Positions 51,149 through 64,000 of a stretch of 64,000 bases of DNA are shown piece after piece. Each line of letters starts with the position of its first letter. The first letter of the stretch is position 1. The position numbers and the translations under genes were made by a program. Source of the DNA: Antedon mediterranea. Its lineage: Eukaryota > Animalia > Echinodermata. The notes below the pieces were generated by a model. It did not search any database, was not told the origin of the DNA, and saw only the letters and a list, made by a program, of their open reading frames with translations. The stretch covers positions 5,968,422-6,032,421 of the forward strand of contig NC_092678.1 of NCBI RefSeq assembly GCF_964355755.1, in the 5' to 3' direction.

Positions 51149-52020
51149 AATAATGCATGGCTAAAAAAGACTAACCAGTCAGAGAAGCATATGTAGTAAC
51201 AATTCAAATTTAACGACTTCAATTACAAAAACACACAAATTTAGGCCGACAAAACAATTTTTTTACTTTCGCTTTTATCACAACTCTAAATTTCGGTGCA
51301 AGCTAATTTCGCCGCATGCGGTAATGTTCTCTAAATTTACTCTCGTATTGAGTGAATTACAATGTAATGAAACTATATATGTGTATTCCAATTTAATGAC
51401 TATATCTAGCCAGTGTTATTGCTATCATTTTAGCATACCAATAGTTATTACGTATAACATCAGTAATGTCAATTAAATAGCTAAAATTAACATTTGTTGA
51501 AAGATTCGAATGTTATTGATGTGCAGTGCTTGGAAAGAGATAATAATATTGTATGTGTCTATAGTGTTACCTTTCTATATGCAGGATTCTCCATTTTGGA
51601 AAGTAACATATAAAATATTTAATAAATCTGATCAAAAAAACATATTTCTAAATATAATCATAATGTGCCATTAGTTAAATATTTATTTGTTAAATGAAAT
51701 ATCTGGAACATTATGAATTCTTTATGATTATATTTATATCTAACATTAGCAAATGATATGTAATGCAGCTGTTTATATATATGTCTTTTTTTCTGTTTAG
51801 CGGTTGGTATAAGACAAGTTCTTTTCCTTGAAACCGCTTCTATTATTGTTACCATTTAACTTATTGTAAATGTATGCTTCTTTTTTTTCCCTTGAACTGT
51901 TTAAATAAATTTTTGTATTTGTTCCTCTTCATTCCAATAAAAAGAATTATTGGGACCCAACAAAGTGTCGTTTTAATCGGGATGTTCCTTATATAGGTTG
52001 ATCATAGATTTAAATAGCAA

Positions 52021-52293
52021 CAAAGAATCAGTAACAATGTACTATGAGGCTCTTTAATTGCCATACCAAAAATAACAGAAACAATAAGACGACTGGCATT
52101 TGCTGGACACTTTCTTCACAATAAAAAAGAAATTATTTCAGATGTTCTGCTGTGGCAGCCAAAACATGGGCTTGCAAAACAACTCACATACATTGATGTA
52201 CTAGAGATGGATACTGGTATGCAGAGAGATGAAATGGCTGTCACAATGGCAGAAAGCAAATTTATGGATGAATCTAGTCATATCCCGGACTAA
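52021..52293 (+). mobile_element. RTE-like LINE ORF 3' fragment
   Basis: PKITETIRRLAFAGHFLHNKKEIISDVLLWQPKHG..LTYIDVLEMDTG, with an upstream in-frame stop. Confidence 0.75.
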
Positions 52294-52949
52294 AATAAGT
52301 ATAGTTTTAATTTTGTACCTTATCGGAAAGTATCTCAAACGGGTTTTACTGTACTAAGTAGCTCTTCACCAAAAGTATTTCCCCACTTGAACCTAGCCTA
52401 GTGATCCAGGGGTCATGGGTTCGAATCCCACCTGAGAAGCAACAAAGTACCACACCATTTTTTCAAATGGAATCTTTACTAGTAGAAAACTATATACTAG
52501 ATCACTACTGTAAAATCTTCAAGCTGTGTATTTTGATAAGTAATCGACACTGGCATTATCTCAAACGAAATCTAAATTTAATGATTAGTCCATTTTAAAC
52601 TACAACGCAGAAATAGTTCAGAAGCAAATTGTATATTCATTACGCGTGTCAACTTCGTTGTCATATATAATTTCTCGAACCTTCTATAAGAAGTAAAATT
52701 CATCGACAGTTTGTTTCCATTTATTTCGAAAGCTCTCAGAAGGTGACAAAAGTTGTAAACATCAAAGTAGCATTTCAGTGAAGGTGACGCGTGACTCACA
52801 AAGTTTTGCATTGGACCTTTTGCTATTAAGTGATATTTTTGGTAACTTTTATATTATGAGATGACACATGACAACAAATTAAACTAGGCCTCACATTTTC
52901 CATGGTTCTTTCCCGATCATTCCTTCCCGATCATTCCTTCTTTAAATTA

Positions 52950-53255
52950 CTGTAACAACATTTTTTAACCGCAATGACAATTTTTAACCTGTAATTTTAT
53001 CTCTTGACATTTCTTTACCTGTAATGACATTTTTCTGACCTGTAATGACATTTTGTTATTTCTTACATTTTTTGACCTGTAATGACATTTGTTGACCTGT
53101 AATGACATTTGTTTGACCTTTAATGACATTTATTTGACTTTTATTACTATTTTTTTATTTGTAATGACATTTTTATAACTTCTAATAACATTTCTTTGAG
53201 CTGTAAAATGACAATTTTTTACCTGTAATGACATTTTTTGATCTGTAATGTTTGT
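52950..53255. repeat. Degenerate about 21-bp tandem repeat
   Basis: (ttt)tgacctgtaatgacatt repeated. Confidence 0.85.
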
Positions 53256-54264
53256 TGTTCTTTTCTTAGTTGAATGACGTTACTCTTTTCTTAGTTTATA
53301 TTTTACTGTGCTATTCTCAATAACTTCCACAATAACAAAAGGAAAACATTAATAAATCTTTATTTTTATTGGAACACTTCCATTTAATGGTCAGTTACAG
53401 GATAACAGCCAGACCAATCAATTTCATCAAGTCTCATCATCAAAGTTCTTATGAAACATTATATGATGTTTAATGACAAATAATATTTTACAATTTCTAA
53501 TAACTATGATATGTGTATTGTATGTATGTAAAATGTTTCAACATTTTGAGTTTTGTATTTGTCTATTATTTTTTTATGGCCTGTCATGACCTTGACAAAA
53601 AGACAATTTTTGCATGATTTTTTTTATTAATGTTTATTGTGTATTTTTATGTATTTGTTTTGTTTTAATATATTTAGGTAAATTGATAACCATAAGCAAA
53701 TTCATGACAAAAAAAAATGTGTTTTTTTTAATGATTTTATGTGTACTGTGTTTATTTTTTCATCTTCATTAATGGTCACAACCTTGAAAAAAGAAAACAC
53801 CTTTGGTGATCAAGATTTAAAAAATGATATATATATGTAAATATGTTTTTTTTTATATGTATCATTAATGACCTTGAGAAGTGTTCTGTGTTGAAATAAA
53901 GTTATTACTGTGACCTTTAAACCAGGTCAAACAAGGATTCGAACCAAGAACCCTGATGTGCTAATCTCCAATGCCAGTATAATCATATCCTATTATTATT
54001 ATTACCAAATGGCAAATAGGATACAATGTTCATTTCTAATTACTTAAGCCGGTACCAAATATGACTAATACTAATCATTTATTTCAAATTAGAGACATCT
54101 CTAATTAATGATATATCTAGAAGCTATCCATATTTTACCAAATTCTGCATATCAATGAAAAGCTATTATGTAAATGGTTATTTTATGAGGTAGGTTTCTC
54201 GATGGTAAACCTGTGATTAAAGATATTGAACAAGATGTAATTATTATACAAATCAACGTTACAA

Positions 54265-54515
54265 CCCTTTCTTTTGGATACCTCTATTTTGGGGATACCT
54301 CTATTATTAAGGAGCCACTTTTCTCATGAAACAAAAACAGTAAAACCCCTATTAAATGGACACCTTTGGAAAAGTGCCCCTTTAATAGAGGTATCCCTTG
54401 ATTAGGAGGTAACATATATATATATATTACCCTTCATTTGTTTCACTAGAAAATGTCCCTTTATAATAAGGGTGTCCCCTGAATAGGCGTGTCCAAAAGG
54501 AGGGATTCTACTGCA
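54265..54515. mobile_element. Old pogo/Tigger-like MITE family (cctctattaaggggacac / gtgtcccttaatagagg); fragments also about 14525-14750, 22688-22800, 32996-33640, 41490-41900, 55160, 58297, 59210
   Basis: Recurrent inverted motifs with cagtagaa(c/t)c-type termini. Confidence 0.55.
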
Positions 54516-57500
54516 TATGAACACCATGGCCAACATTTACAGTGAGGGAGAACTTTGGTTCCCAAAGTCCTTAATATGAGTACTACTAGTTCTGTATCAG
54601 GGAACATTTTCGCCAGTGTAACGTAGCAAAAAGCTATACAAAACAACCTTATTGCTACACATTTTGAAAATTGTGTAGCAAAAAATACAATACAAAACTA
54701 TGTTTCTCGACTTAAAAATCAGTTTGATTAGCAATATTGCTAAACAAAATTTTTAAATGAAAATTTTCCCTGTGTATTTTAAAATATTATGCAGTACTTT
54801 CTATACATTAATTTAATGTAATATACCCCAAGTATTTAAATATAAAAAATATATTATATAATAGATTATAATCCCAGAACAAATTAAGGGTTTACGTAAA
54901 GTACATTGCATCCATAATGAAAAAAAAAACTGCATCAATGAATTATGACCTTTGAAATATTATTAAACATTCATTGTATTGCATATTTTTTCAAAGTACC
55001 AATTAATAAATATTTAGATATTAAAAAATTAATATAAAATGAATTATTCATGAAGTTAAATCAAGGTTTTCTTTGTCCCTAGTGCAATCATACTGAATTT
55101 TTCAGAGTACATTTCTGTTTTAACTCGGGATGGGATATTTATTTAATATCGTAGAAGGCCTATCTAAAGGGACCCATTTAGGACCCAGAAAAGTGTCCAT
55201 TTAATAGGGTGTCCGCTAAATGGGTGTGGGTCTCAATGTTAAAAAATATATTATCCAACAAATGAACAACTCAAATTAGTTATTTTTGTATGTGTTTAGG
55301 CCGAGGATTAACAATAGTAAATTAATCACGGTCTTATCAGATAGGTGGTATTCTCCCCCCCCCCCCTCCCCGATACAGCCTGTTTTGTGAACCAGATCAG
55401 ATGGTTACTTGTCTCGAATGATGAACTGGGTTCTTTAAAGTTAAAACTGTGTACACTGGACCTAATATCGAACCCATATCAACATTGTTGGCTCTTTAGG
55501 TACGGTAAACAGCGTCCTGCCTTAACAGCTCAGCCATTTGACTTGCAAAACAAATAAAATCAAAACAAATAAACTATTAATATATGAAAGTGAAACCAAA
55601 CATTAACACAATGTCTTTTATGACTATTTCCAAAAAAATGAAAGTACTGTAACCTATGACATCAGATGTGCATGGACCATTACAGTCAAAGTTTATTACT
55701 TTAAACATAAACAATATAACTAAAAAACAACAAGCATTGGGCAATATTCAAATGTCAAAAAGACTTCCATCCGGTTTCTGTAGATGCAGGTTTTAAATGG
55801 GAGGAAAAACAGTTGAACCATGAAAGAGACCTTCAGGACCCAAGAAGGTGTCCCTGTAGAGGTGTCCAAAGGGACGAGGTCTATATCTACTGTATGCTTT
55901 GTGAGAAAATAACTCAATTGTATAGAAATAAAAACGGGGAAAAATTCAATTAACCAGTTAAATGCTGCTTGTGCGTTGGAAAACCATTTAAACAGTTATC
56001 ACTGTGAAATTCATTTTTTGCTGAAATGAAAAATAATGGCTTGATTGACTGATGTTAAAAGTGTTCATTTTTTAAGCAATGTCTTTTTACAACCAATATA
56101 GTTCAACAATGTAAATATTTTGAGTTTTAAGAATAATATTTAGAAATCAAAAGGTACATACTGAACATAACATCAACTCTGTGGGTAGATCTCAACTGAT
56201 ATGAAATATTAAGCACACTCAAAATATAAATACAGGTATATAGAGCCGGAGGGCCTGTTTCTGCTGCATTAACGCTGAATAACCATTTATTTGAAAATAG
56301 ATAAAAATCTAAAATTTATATATCGTTTAAATCAGGTGGGCAACATTTATTGTTATTATTTCAAAATTCATAAATGGTTTCTTTTATTTCTTTAAATATA
56401 TCAGTACAGGGGAAAAACATATTTACCGGTAAGTAAATTTTTTCTGAAAAAATTCTTTAAAATAAAAATGTATTGCATTGGAAACTAGAAGGGCACTCAG
56501 GAGAGCGCAAACCTCTGCATAGCCATATGCAAATTTAATGACTTTAAAATCTTATGAAAATCGGGCAATAAATTTTAAAAAAATTCTGCTAACTAGAAAG
56601 AAACAAACACACGAGATTAACCACATAACCTCTTTCTATTCTGGCAGAGGTCAATATTACAAGAACAAAAACAACTTTGTTTACCAGTGGCTTTAACATG
56701 TGATTTCATCACCAGAACATTTTACGTTTTTGTCATACAACTGTCTATTTAGTAAAAGTAACAGTTTTCCAAAAAACACAGTTGCCCGGAAATCTGTAAG
56801 ATGGCTACTGTTACACGAAAATTATGCCTTGACATCCATTAAAAGTATTGTATTTTGTAATTATTTCCTAAATATTTACTTTCTTTTAGTTTGTTTGGTC
56901 TCAACTTTCAGAATTACTAAACAAAAGACTGAAAACCATAGACCTAGTGTAAACAACGATTTGTATGGAAAAAGCTAATGCTCCCTTTAATAGGCTAAAG
57001 GTCAACTTGGGTATAACTAGTAGTAGTCTCTGTATTGCATTTTCAACTTAAGAAACATACATGTAAAGTTTGAGGTTGCTGCTGGCTTGAGATTTTCCAA
57101 TTATGTCCCTCCACCTCAACCCACAAAAATAATTTTTTTCGCGTTATATTGCGACAAAACGAATTCATTAACATTTTGCGTTGTTGTGGCCTATAGGATC
57201 GGCGATTCTTGGCATGATAAACAGAATTCCAGGTGTGTCAACAATATCTTGGATTCAAAATTTTGAGTGTCACGCCAGACTTGACATGTACGATAAAACA
57301 GTGACAAAGTATCAATATTGCACTTTTTCATTGTTCTGAACAAAACGATTCATAAGATTTTTAGCTACAGAATTGGCTAACTTAAAGCTCAGGTAGAGGC
57401 ATGAATTTTAAATATAATATTTGGTTAATTGTAAATAAATCAAATATTTGTAACAGAAATCAAGACGAAAAAACATCAATTTACCGTAATATGGTCAAAT

Positions 57501-58933
57501 ACAAAATTTGGCAAAATTCTTCCATAAAAACAAGGATAATTTTTTTTCAGTAGTTAGGTAGTTAACCTAATGTAATAACATGTCTGGTGACTCCCTAGAT
57601 GGTGAAAAAAGATGGTGGATATACAGTGGATAATTTTTGCTATAGCATGAAAATAAAAATCTGAAGTTGAATAAAAATATCAGAAATGTAATATTTAAGT
57701 TATATTACTTATATTTAATCATCTGATAACATTTTTTACCACACCGTTTATTTTTCATAGCTTTTTAAAACGCCTCTCTATTTACAAAATTTGTATACAA
57801 AAGAATATAAATTTTACTGTGTAATTTGAATTATCCCCCCACTGATAAGAAAGTGCTTATTTTCAACAAGCTCGTGTAACACAAATAAAATCCAAAAAAT
57901 TATGAAATATAGGGGAAACTATAGATCGATAATTATTGGAATGTATGATCAATAGAAATTTTTTGCCCGCACGTGGCCTTTAACAATCAAACAAACAAAC
58001 TCATAATTAAATTTTTTCAAAAAATAATTCTAGGAAATTTTGGTGATTCCCCGAAATGTTATATTTAGAAATGAGATAAATCATCAACAACACAAACAAC
58101 AAAAAGCTACGAAAACCCATAACTGTATTACATTCAACAAGTATGTTATCAAAGACCTTTCACACTTAACAATTCTTAGACGGTCCCTTTGTAAATTTCA
58201 AAGGTTAGATTGGAATGGCTTTTTTACTGTTAACTAGAACTGTTGAACTATAAAGATATAAAGCCATTTATTGTTATCTAAATTATAGTATGTGCACAGT
58301 AGAGCCTCTATTATGGGGACACCTTTAGGACCCAAAATGGTGTCCCTTACTTAATCATACTCAGTTGGGGATTAGGCACTATACGGACACACAGACAGTC
58401 TGGGTCTACATAAAGTTATTTATAAATGTTTTAAACTTTAATAAGATCTCCTCTCATTCTTTGTTCAAGCGGTAATAATATATCTGTATTATACCCAACA
58501 ACAGGGATAAGTACAGTACTTCTGAATATTTAATTATTCATATTGCAAGATAATTATATATTTACATATAAACTTTTTATGCAACACATAATTCTATCAT
58601 ATTAAGAACAGTGTCTCGGCTAAAATAGTAATAAAGTCACTATTGGTAATTAGTGAATCAGGTCGAGGTGCTACAAACATATTTTTGTATATTAAACTTC
58701 AATTCCTGAATTATATGTAATGAAAGAGTATTTAAATAGGTATTAGGTTTCAAATGGGCTGAGATGAGTCAACATACATAATAATAGGGAGACAACTGTT
58801 ATCTATTTGGAATGTTTAGTGGCCTTTGTTAGATAACTTTCATATTTATTCAGTTGTTGCATGAATCTGCAGTAATACATTAAAACCACTGTTATGGGGC
58901 ATCTTCGAGATGCAACAATATGTTGCTTTAACA

Positions 58934-59205
58934 GTGAGTGTCCAAGTGGTTAAGACAGTGGAACCGTAATCCAACCATAACATTGACAAGGGTTTGAGGC
59001 TCGCTCGCTCCATGGTTTTGGAATGAGTCTTCTCGGACAATGACTATGAACCGTAGGTCTAGCTAATTTGAACTTAGTACACATTTCAAGATGAGTAGGG
59101 GACTACCCTACAGTGTACTAGTACATCACAGCAACTGATCACTAACTGGGCCCTCTGGGAGACCAGTCTTTGACTGAAGAGGTCACCTAGTATAAATAAA
59201 TAATA
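58934..59205 (+). mobile_element. Deu/Nin-domain SINE (older copy, tail type 1)
   Basis: Family match with deletions. Confidence 0.82.
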
Positions 59206-61529
59206 ATAAAAGTGTCCCTTGAATATGGGTGGCTCGTAATGTTAAAAATATGGCCCCCAGCCTTGTTCATTTCATTGAAAGTGTCCCCTGAATTGGAGTG
59301 TTCCAAATGTGTTCTATAAAAAAAACAATGTTTGGTGAACATCGATAGTTACATACAATCAGTTTAATTTTAGCTGCTCACAGTTCACAATTTATTTAGA
59401 TATTTACAGTAATACACTGTTAAAATCTACGTTAGATAATTATATACATTAAAGTTGTTCACCAAACAAAACACAAGCTAACTATATCAAATTACCTACT
59501 GTAATTTTAACAACAGACTTCATGTAAAAATAGTTAATAGTCTGCGTCGCACTGAAAGTAGTTTGAAATGTTTACAGCCTAACATTAAAATCGGGATTAA
59601 CAACAAATTGAAGTTACGCTCGGAATGTTTCGTGACTGAAGGACGATAATAGATTCCGTGGGTTAACATCGAATAACGAAAAGCAAATCAATTATGCGTA
59701 AAAATTAAAATTAAGAGCATTGTAATTGTGGTAAACTATATGATAAAGTGTTCGCACAACTTTAACTATAAATACGATCAATAAATGCCGTATTTTTTAT
59801 TGCACGGCAGCAAACGTGAAGAGGAAACCTGCGTCATATGCTGCCATTCTCATAAATCTTTGATCAAAATTAAACGATCAAATATGAATAATCGTAAATC
59901 AAAATTATGAATTAGAAATGTATTTTAAGTTGTTGAATTATAGCCGTTTCCTATTCACATTAATGATGATATTTAAACAGGAGTTTATGAATTAAAAATT
60001 TAATCAAATGTTTTATATATTAGAAAAATAAAAACAAATTGATACAAAACCAATGACATTAACCTAATAACCGTAATTTCCGTAATTTTAGACAAATCAA
60101 TGAACATGCCTTTCGCAAAATAATAATTGTTGCGATATAGTCACATATTTTGTTGAAATTTGGTTTAATAATTACAATGTTTTACCTCAAACTATTATTA
60201 AAATTTGGTTTTCACTAGTCTTAAGCATATCTTAATGGTTGACTTAAGCAAAAATATTAATAAATGCTAGCTTAGTATTTTTTTTTAAGGCAATGGGGCA
60301 CCAATTACAGTAGGGCTTTTTACACATCAATCATACATTGCAATCGGCGCTCTCTTACAACCAATCGGGATGATTGTCAGAACATGGTATTAACCAATCA
60401 TTTTAATTAGTCTAGGTTGAGAGAACATACAATCAATTTAAATGTGTCTGATCTTTGATATGCACATGAGGTATAAAGCATAACACTATGTCACCTGGGA
60501 TGATCAAATTAATTGAAGTCTCTAATTAAATCAATGAAATCACAGTGGAATAACTTAAGTGTTAATGTTTTTCTTATCAATATTTTGTGTTATCTTTTCT
60601 AATGTACTATGTTGAGACATACAGTACAAATGCTGGAATGATGACTGAATGAGAATAAAGCCACGCCTTAATATATTACCTAACCAAACTAATTTTCTTA
60701 AGAAAGGGAGGAAGCAATATGGAAATAATGTTATTAAAAGTTATTCCATGCAAGACTGAGGTATGGGTTTGAGACCTATCTTTGCCACATTGCTTGTATC
60801 CTTAGGCATCATCCTTCGTATTGGATATACTGTATGCCTGATAAAGAACTTAGTACACTACTCAAAAACAGTAGATCAGAACAGAAAATGGCAATGAATC
60901 TATTTAGATGTTAGATAAAACAAATAATGCTTCACCTTGTGAAAATCAAATTTCATCTTCCACCTTATGAAATTATTTGTACCATCGCACTCATAAACAT
61001 TCATTATTTATAATATACCATGTACTATATACAGTACCATGGCTATATTTAATGTTTTTCATCTCTGGCTATGATAGCCTGAACATCGCAACTACAGTAT
61101 AATTATTTCCGAAAGTTCGAAAAAAAAATTGTGTACAGGTCGTAATATTTTCTAGTGACACAGTTTCGGCTGAAGAATCGCCTCTGGTTCATGTTTGTAG
61201 GGCAGGTAATGGTCAACAGATAAGCTTCATAAAAATTATTTAAATATTAAAATATGGATTTTTACCGTATTCATACATGTATACGAGTAGCTTGTTTAAA
61301 GGGAGTCCAACTAATCATTCATTTTAATTATTAATCAGAAATGTATCTACAGTACTACAATGGGTTAAAGTTCATAGTCAGATTTCTAGTAGACCAACAT
61401 AGGATAGAACATACTGACTGTTATTATACATGAAATTGCCGTTTGACTGATTCCTTATGGTTTCCTCAACAAAACCAATCAAGAAAAGGTTTAAATTCTT
61501 ATTTCAACAAATCCAATATATTATAATAA

Positions 61530-62240
61530 ATTAGTTGTTGGTAGTCTATTAGGGCTACTGTACTTATCTGGATAAACCAACATAGGCCTATACTCCTTGA
61601 AGAGTTAGATAAAATTAGGAAATTCTTTGAACATCTCTCAAGAGAGAGCATTCCCACAATCCACCATCATCATCATCTACTTATCGAGCTTGCTCTTTGA
61701 GAAGAATAGGCTGTTGTTAAATTCTGCGAGGCCTACTTACCTGGATAAACCGACATAGGCCTATACTCATTCTTGAATAGTGGGTGATATTAGAAAAGTA
61801 GAAAATATTTTAAACATCTCACAAGAGAGAGCATCCCCACAGACCACATCATCATCATCTTTTCAAGCTTTCTCTTTTTGTGTCATATTGGTAGTCTATG
61901 AGGACTACTTAAATGGATAGACTAACATAGGCCTATACTTTTTACCGATATACAGTATAATTAAAAAAGTAGAACATTCTTTGAATATCCCTCAAGAGAG
62001 AGCATCTCCACAGACCTCATGATCTACTTTTCGGGCTCGCTCTTTGAAGAGAATAGGCTATTGTCATGTTAGTATTCTATAAGGCCTACTTACCTGGAAA
62101 AAACCGACTTAGGCCTATACTCCTTAAAGAATGCGATAAAATTAGAAAATTCTTTAAACATCCATCAATAGAGAAAATCGCTACAAACCTCCATCATCAT
62201 CACCTACTTTAGTTATACTCGATATTTGAGAATAGGACAT
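61530..62240. repeat. Degenerate tandem repeat, about 175-bp unit x4
   Basis: ctacttacctggataaaccgacataggcctatactc..caagagagagcat..catcatcatc recurs at about 61560, 61735, 61905, 62085. Confidence 0.85.
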
Positions 62241-62544
62241 TAAGATAGCCACAAAAAAAAATCATTAAAATCCTTTTTTTTTTACATTTTTACACATTTT
62301 TAGTGTACAAAGGTGAGAATGATAAAAGACATTCTGTTGATCACATACCACTTCCTGAGGTTTAACAATACAATCGAACGAACTCCTTTAAGGAGGCTAC
62401 AAGAACAATAGACTAAAATGTATATAAACCAAGCCTTGACCATATTGCACAGCCAGACAAAAGGATTAAAATTTCTCCAATACTAGCAAAGGGTATTAAA
62501 GTTTATGCACCCCAATGGAGTAATATATATAACATATATAATGC

Positions 62545-62755
62545 AACATTTATATAGTGCTATTTCATGAAGATCAGAGCGCTGTGGACTTAGATGTTAC
62601 ACCTTTTCAACAATATTCAGGGTCACATCGTGTCATCAGCAGCCAACTATGGCGCCATTACGTCTGTCCACGACAGTGTGATGTGTGTGAACTAGTACAC
62701 CGGGGTAAACCCCTACTCGTCTCGAAAAATGTACTAGGTTCTTAAAAGTGCACAT
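62545..62755 (-). mobile_element. Deu/Nin-domain SINE 3' part (tail type 3)
   Basis: Core at 62690-62755 joined to a tail ending cagcgctctgatcttcatgaaatagcactatataaatg. Confidence 0.65.
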
Positions 62756-63274
62756 TAAGTAATAATTAAGAAAAACTGAAAATTGGATTCCTAATTCCAA
62801 AAAAGTTGTTTAACTTGTTTTTATAAGGCCCAAATAAAGTGGTTAAAGCTGCCCAAACCTGACCTATTCAAATATTCATTACGGTATAACTAAAACATGA
62901 GACTGTTTCACAACAATTTGTTTTACAATGCGGCATCACATATCTATTACCGAACAATATTGTAAATTCATTTTAATTATTAATATTTTATATTATTCCA
63001 CTAAACTCATCTTCACATTTTTGTAATTGCTTGGAAATTAATTTCCGTATTATAAAACATGGCTTGAGTTTTTAATTTATCTAAAATAGAAATAATCTAA
63101 TAACTTGTATAATTAAAAATAATACGTGCCGTATCATGGATTTGAGATTACAATTCCCTATGAAGCTTCAATGAATACAGATTACCATCGTGAAAGGTAA
63201 GCACATAATTGGATAAAACTATACGGAATAAAACAACACTCTTAAATTAACTAGGGCACTATTCGAAACATTGT

Positions 63275-63640
63275 TAGACTTCCAAGTAGAATCTTAAAGG
63301 ACAATGCCTCTGTTGAACCTACAACTTTGATGCGCAGAATTTAAAATGAACGAAAGAATTTGTAAAATAAACGAAAGTTGGGATGTGATGATATACGTAA
63401 CCATAACCTCTTCACTAGACTTTCTAAGTGGAATATCTAAAATCTAACACGTTGATGCGCAGAATTTAAAATGAAGTTACGCAAGAATTTGTAAGATAAA
63501 CTAAAGTTTGGCGTGATAATATACGTAACCATAATCTCTTCACTAGACTTTCCAAGTGGAATATCTAAAATCTAACACGTTGATGAACAGAATATAAAAT
63601 AAAGTTAGTAAAGAATTCAATTATATAAAACAAAGTTGGG
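63275..63640. repeat. Tandem repeat, about 130-bp unit x about 3
   Basis: tagactt(t)ccaagtggaatatct..ttgatgcgcagaat..aaagttggg repeated. Confidence 0.85.
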
Positions 63641-64000
63641 ACTTTAAAACACTCAAACTGTATGTGAAAAAAAATGTGATGTGCCCATACAGTATATTGA
63701 CACGATGATGTCATATTCCTACCATATTTGGGCACATCACACTTTTTTTGTCAAACCAGTTTGATAGTGTTTCAGTTCATTTCATCATTTATTCGGTCTA
63801 TTTCAGTATATACATAACAAAAAAAACTGAAATTGGGGAGACCAGGGAACTTAGCTCACTGTAGCTGAGCCGGTTGACCCAACCCCAAAGTCAGTTTACA
63901 CATAAAAGACAAATTACAGTTACAGCGAATCAAAATGAATATGAACTTTTATAATGATGGGCTTTCTAGGACTGCAGCATCTGTCAACGGGAAGCTGGTC

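Noticed and set aside
56162-56274. Candidate upstream plexin exon on the minus strand
   Set aside because: Weak acceptor; no Sema/PSI/IPT-like residues in any frame
56997-57982. Possible 1-kb Kolobok-type element (taaagg...cctttaa)
   Set aside because: Terminal inverted match is too short to support without other copies
61733-61745. U1 snRNA 5' end (tacttacctgg)
   Set aside because: Match is only about 11 nt and the rest of U1 is absent; it is the reverse complement of a donor consensus

Overview
AT-rich, repeat-dense animal genomic DNA with spliceosomal introns; nothing prokaryotic. The main feature is a divergent plexin gene on the minus strand. I traced 27 consecutive GT-AG exons (45556 down to 16541; 3616 nt, about 1205 codons) that join in one open frame: PSI/IPT ectodomain with a furin-type RFKR site, TM helix, and split RasGAP-like domain with RBD insert. 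I could not find the Sema-encoding 5' exons or the last coding exon(s) in the window. Introns and flanks hold tRNA-derived SINEs (mainly a Deu/Nin-domain family), a non-autonomous Helitron, Kolobok-, Harbinger- and pogo-like MITEs, RTE LINE scraps and many tandem repeats. Most notable: (1) two independent tandem duplications place stop-containing decoy copies of a 3' splice site upstream of real plexin exons, one as a 6-copy array; (2) the conserved GAP 'RR' dyad reads RW; (3) one SINE core carries three different tails; (4) AG|GTAAGT motifs occur in sense orientation in the long exon-free flanks. Splice coordinates were read by eye, and no database search was run.
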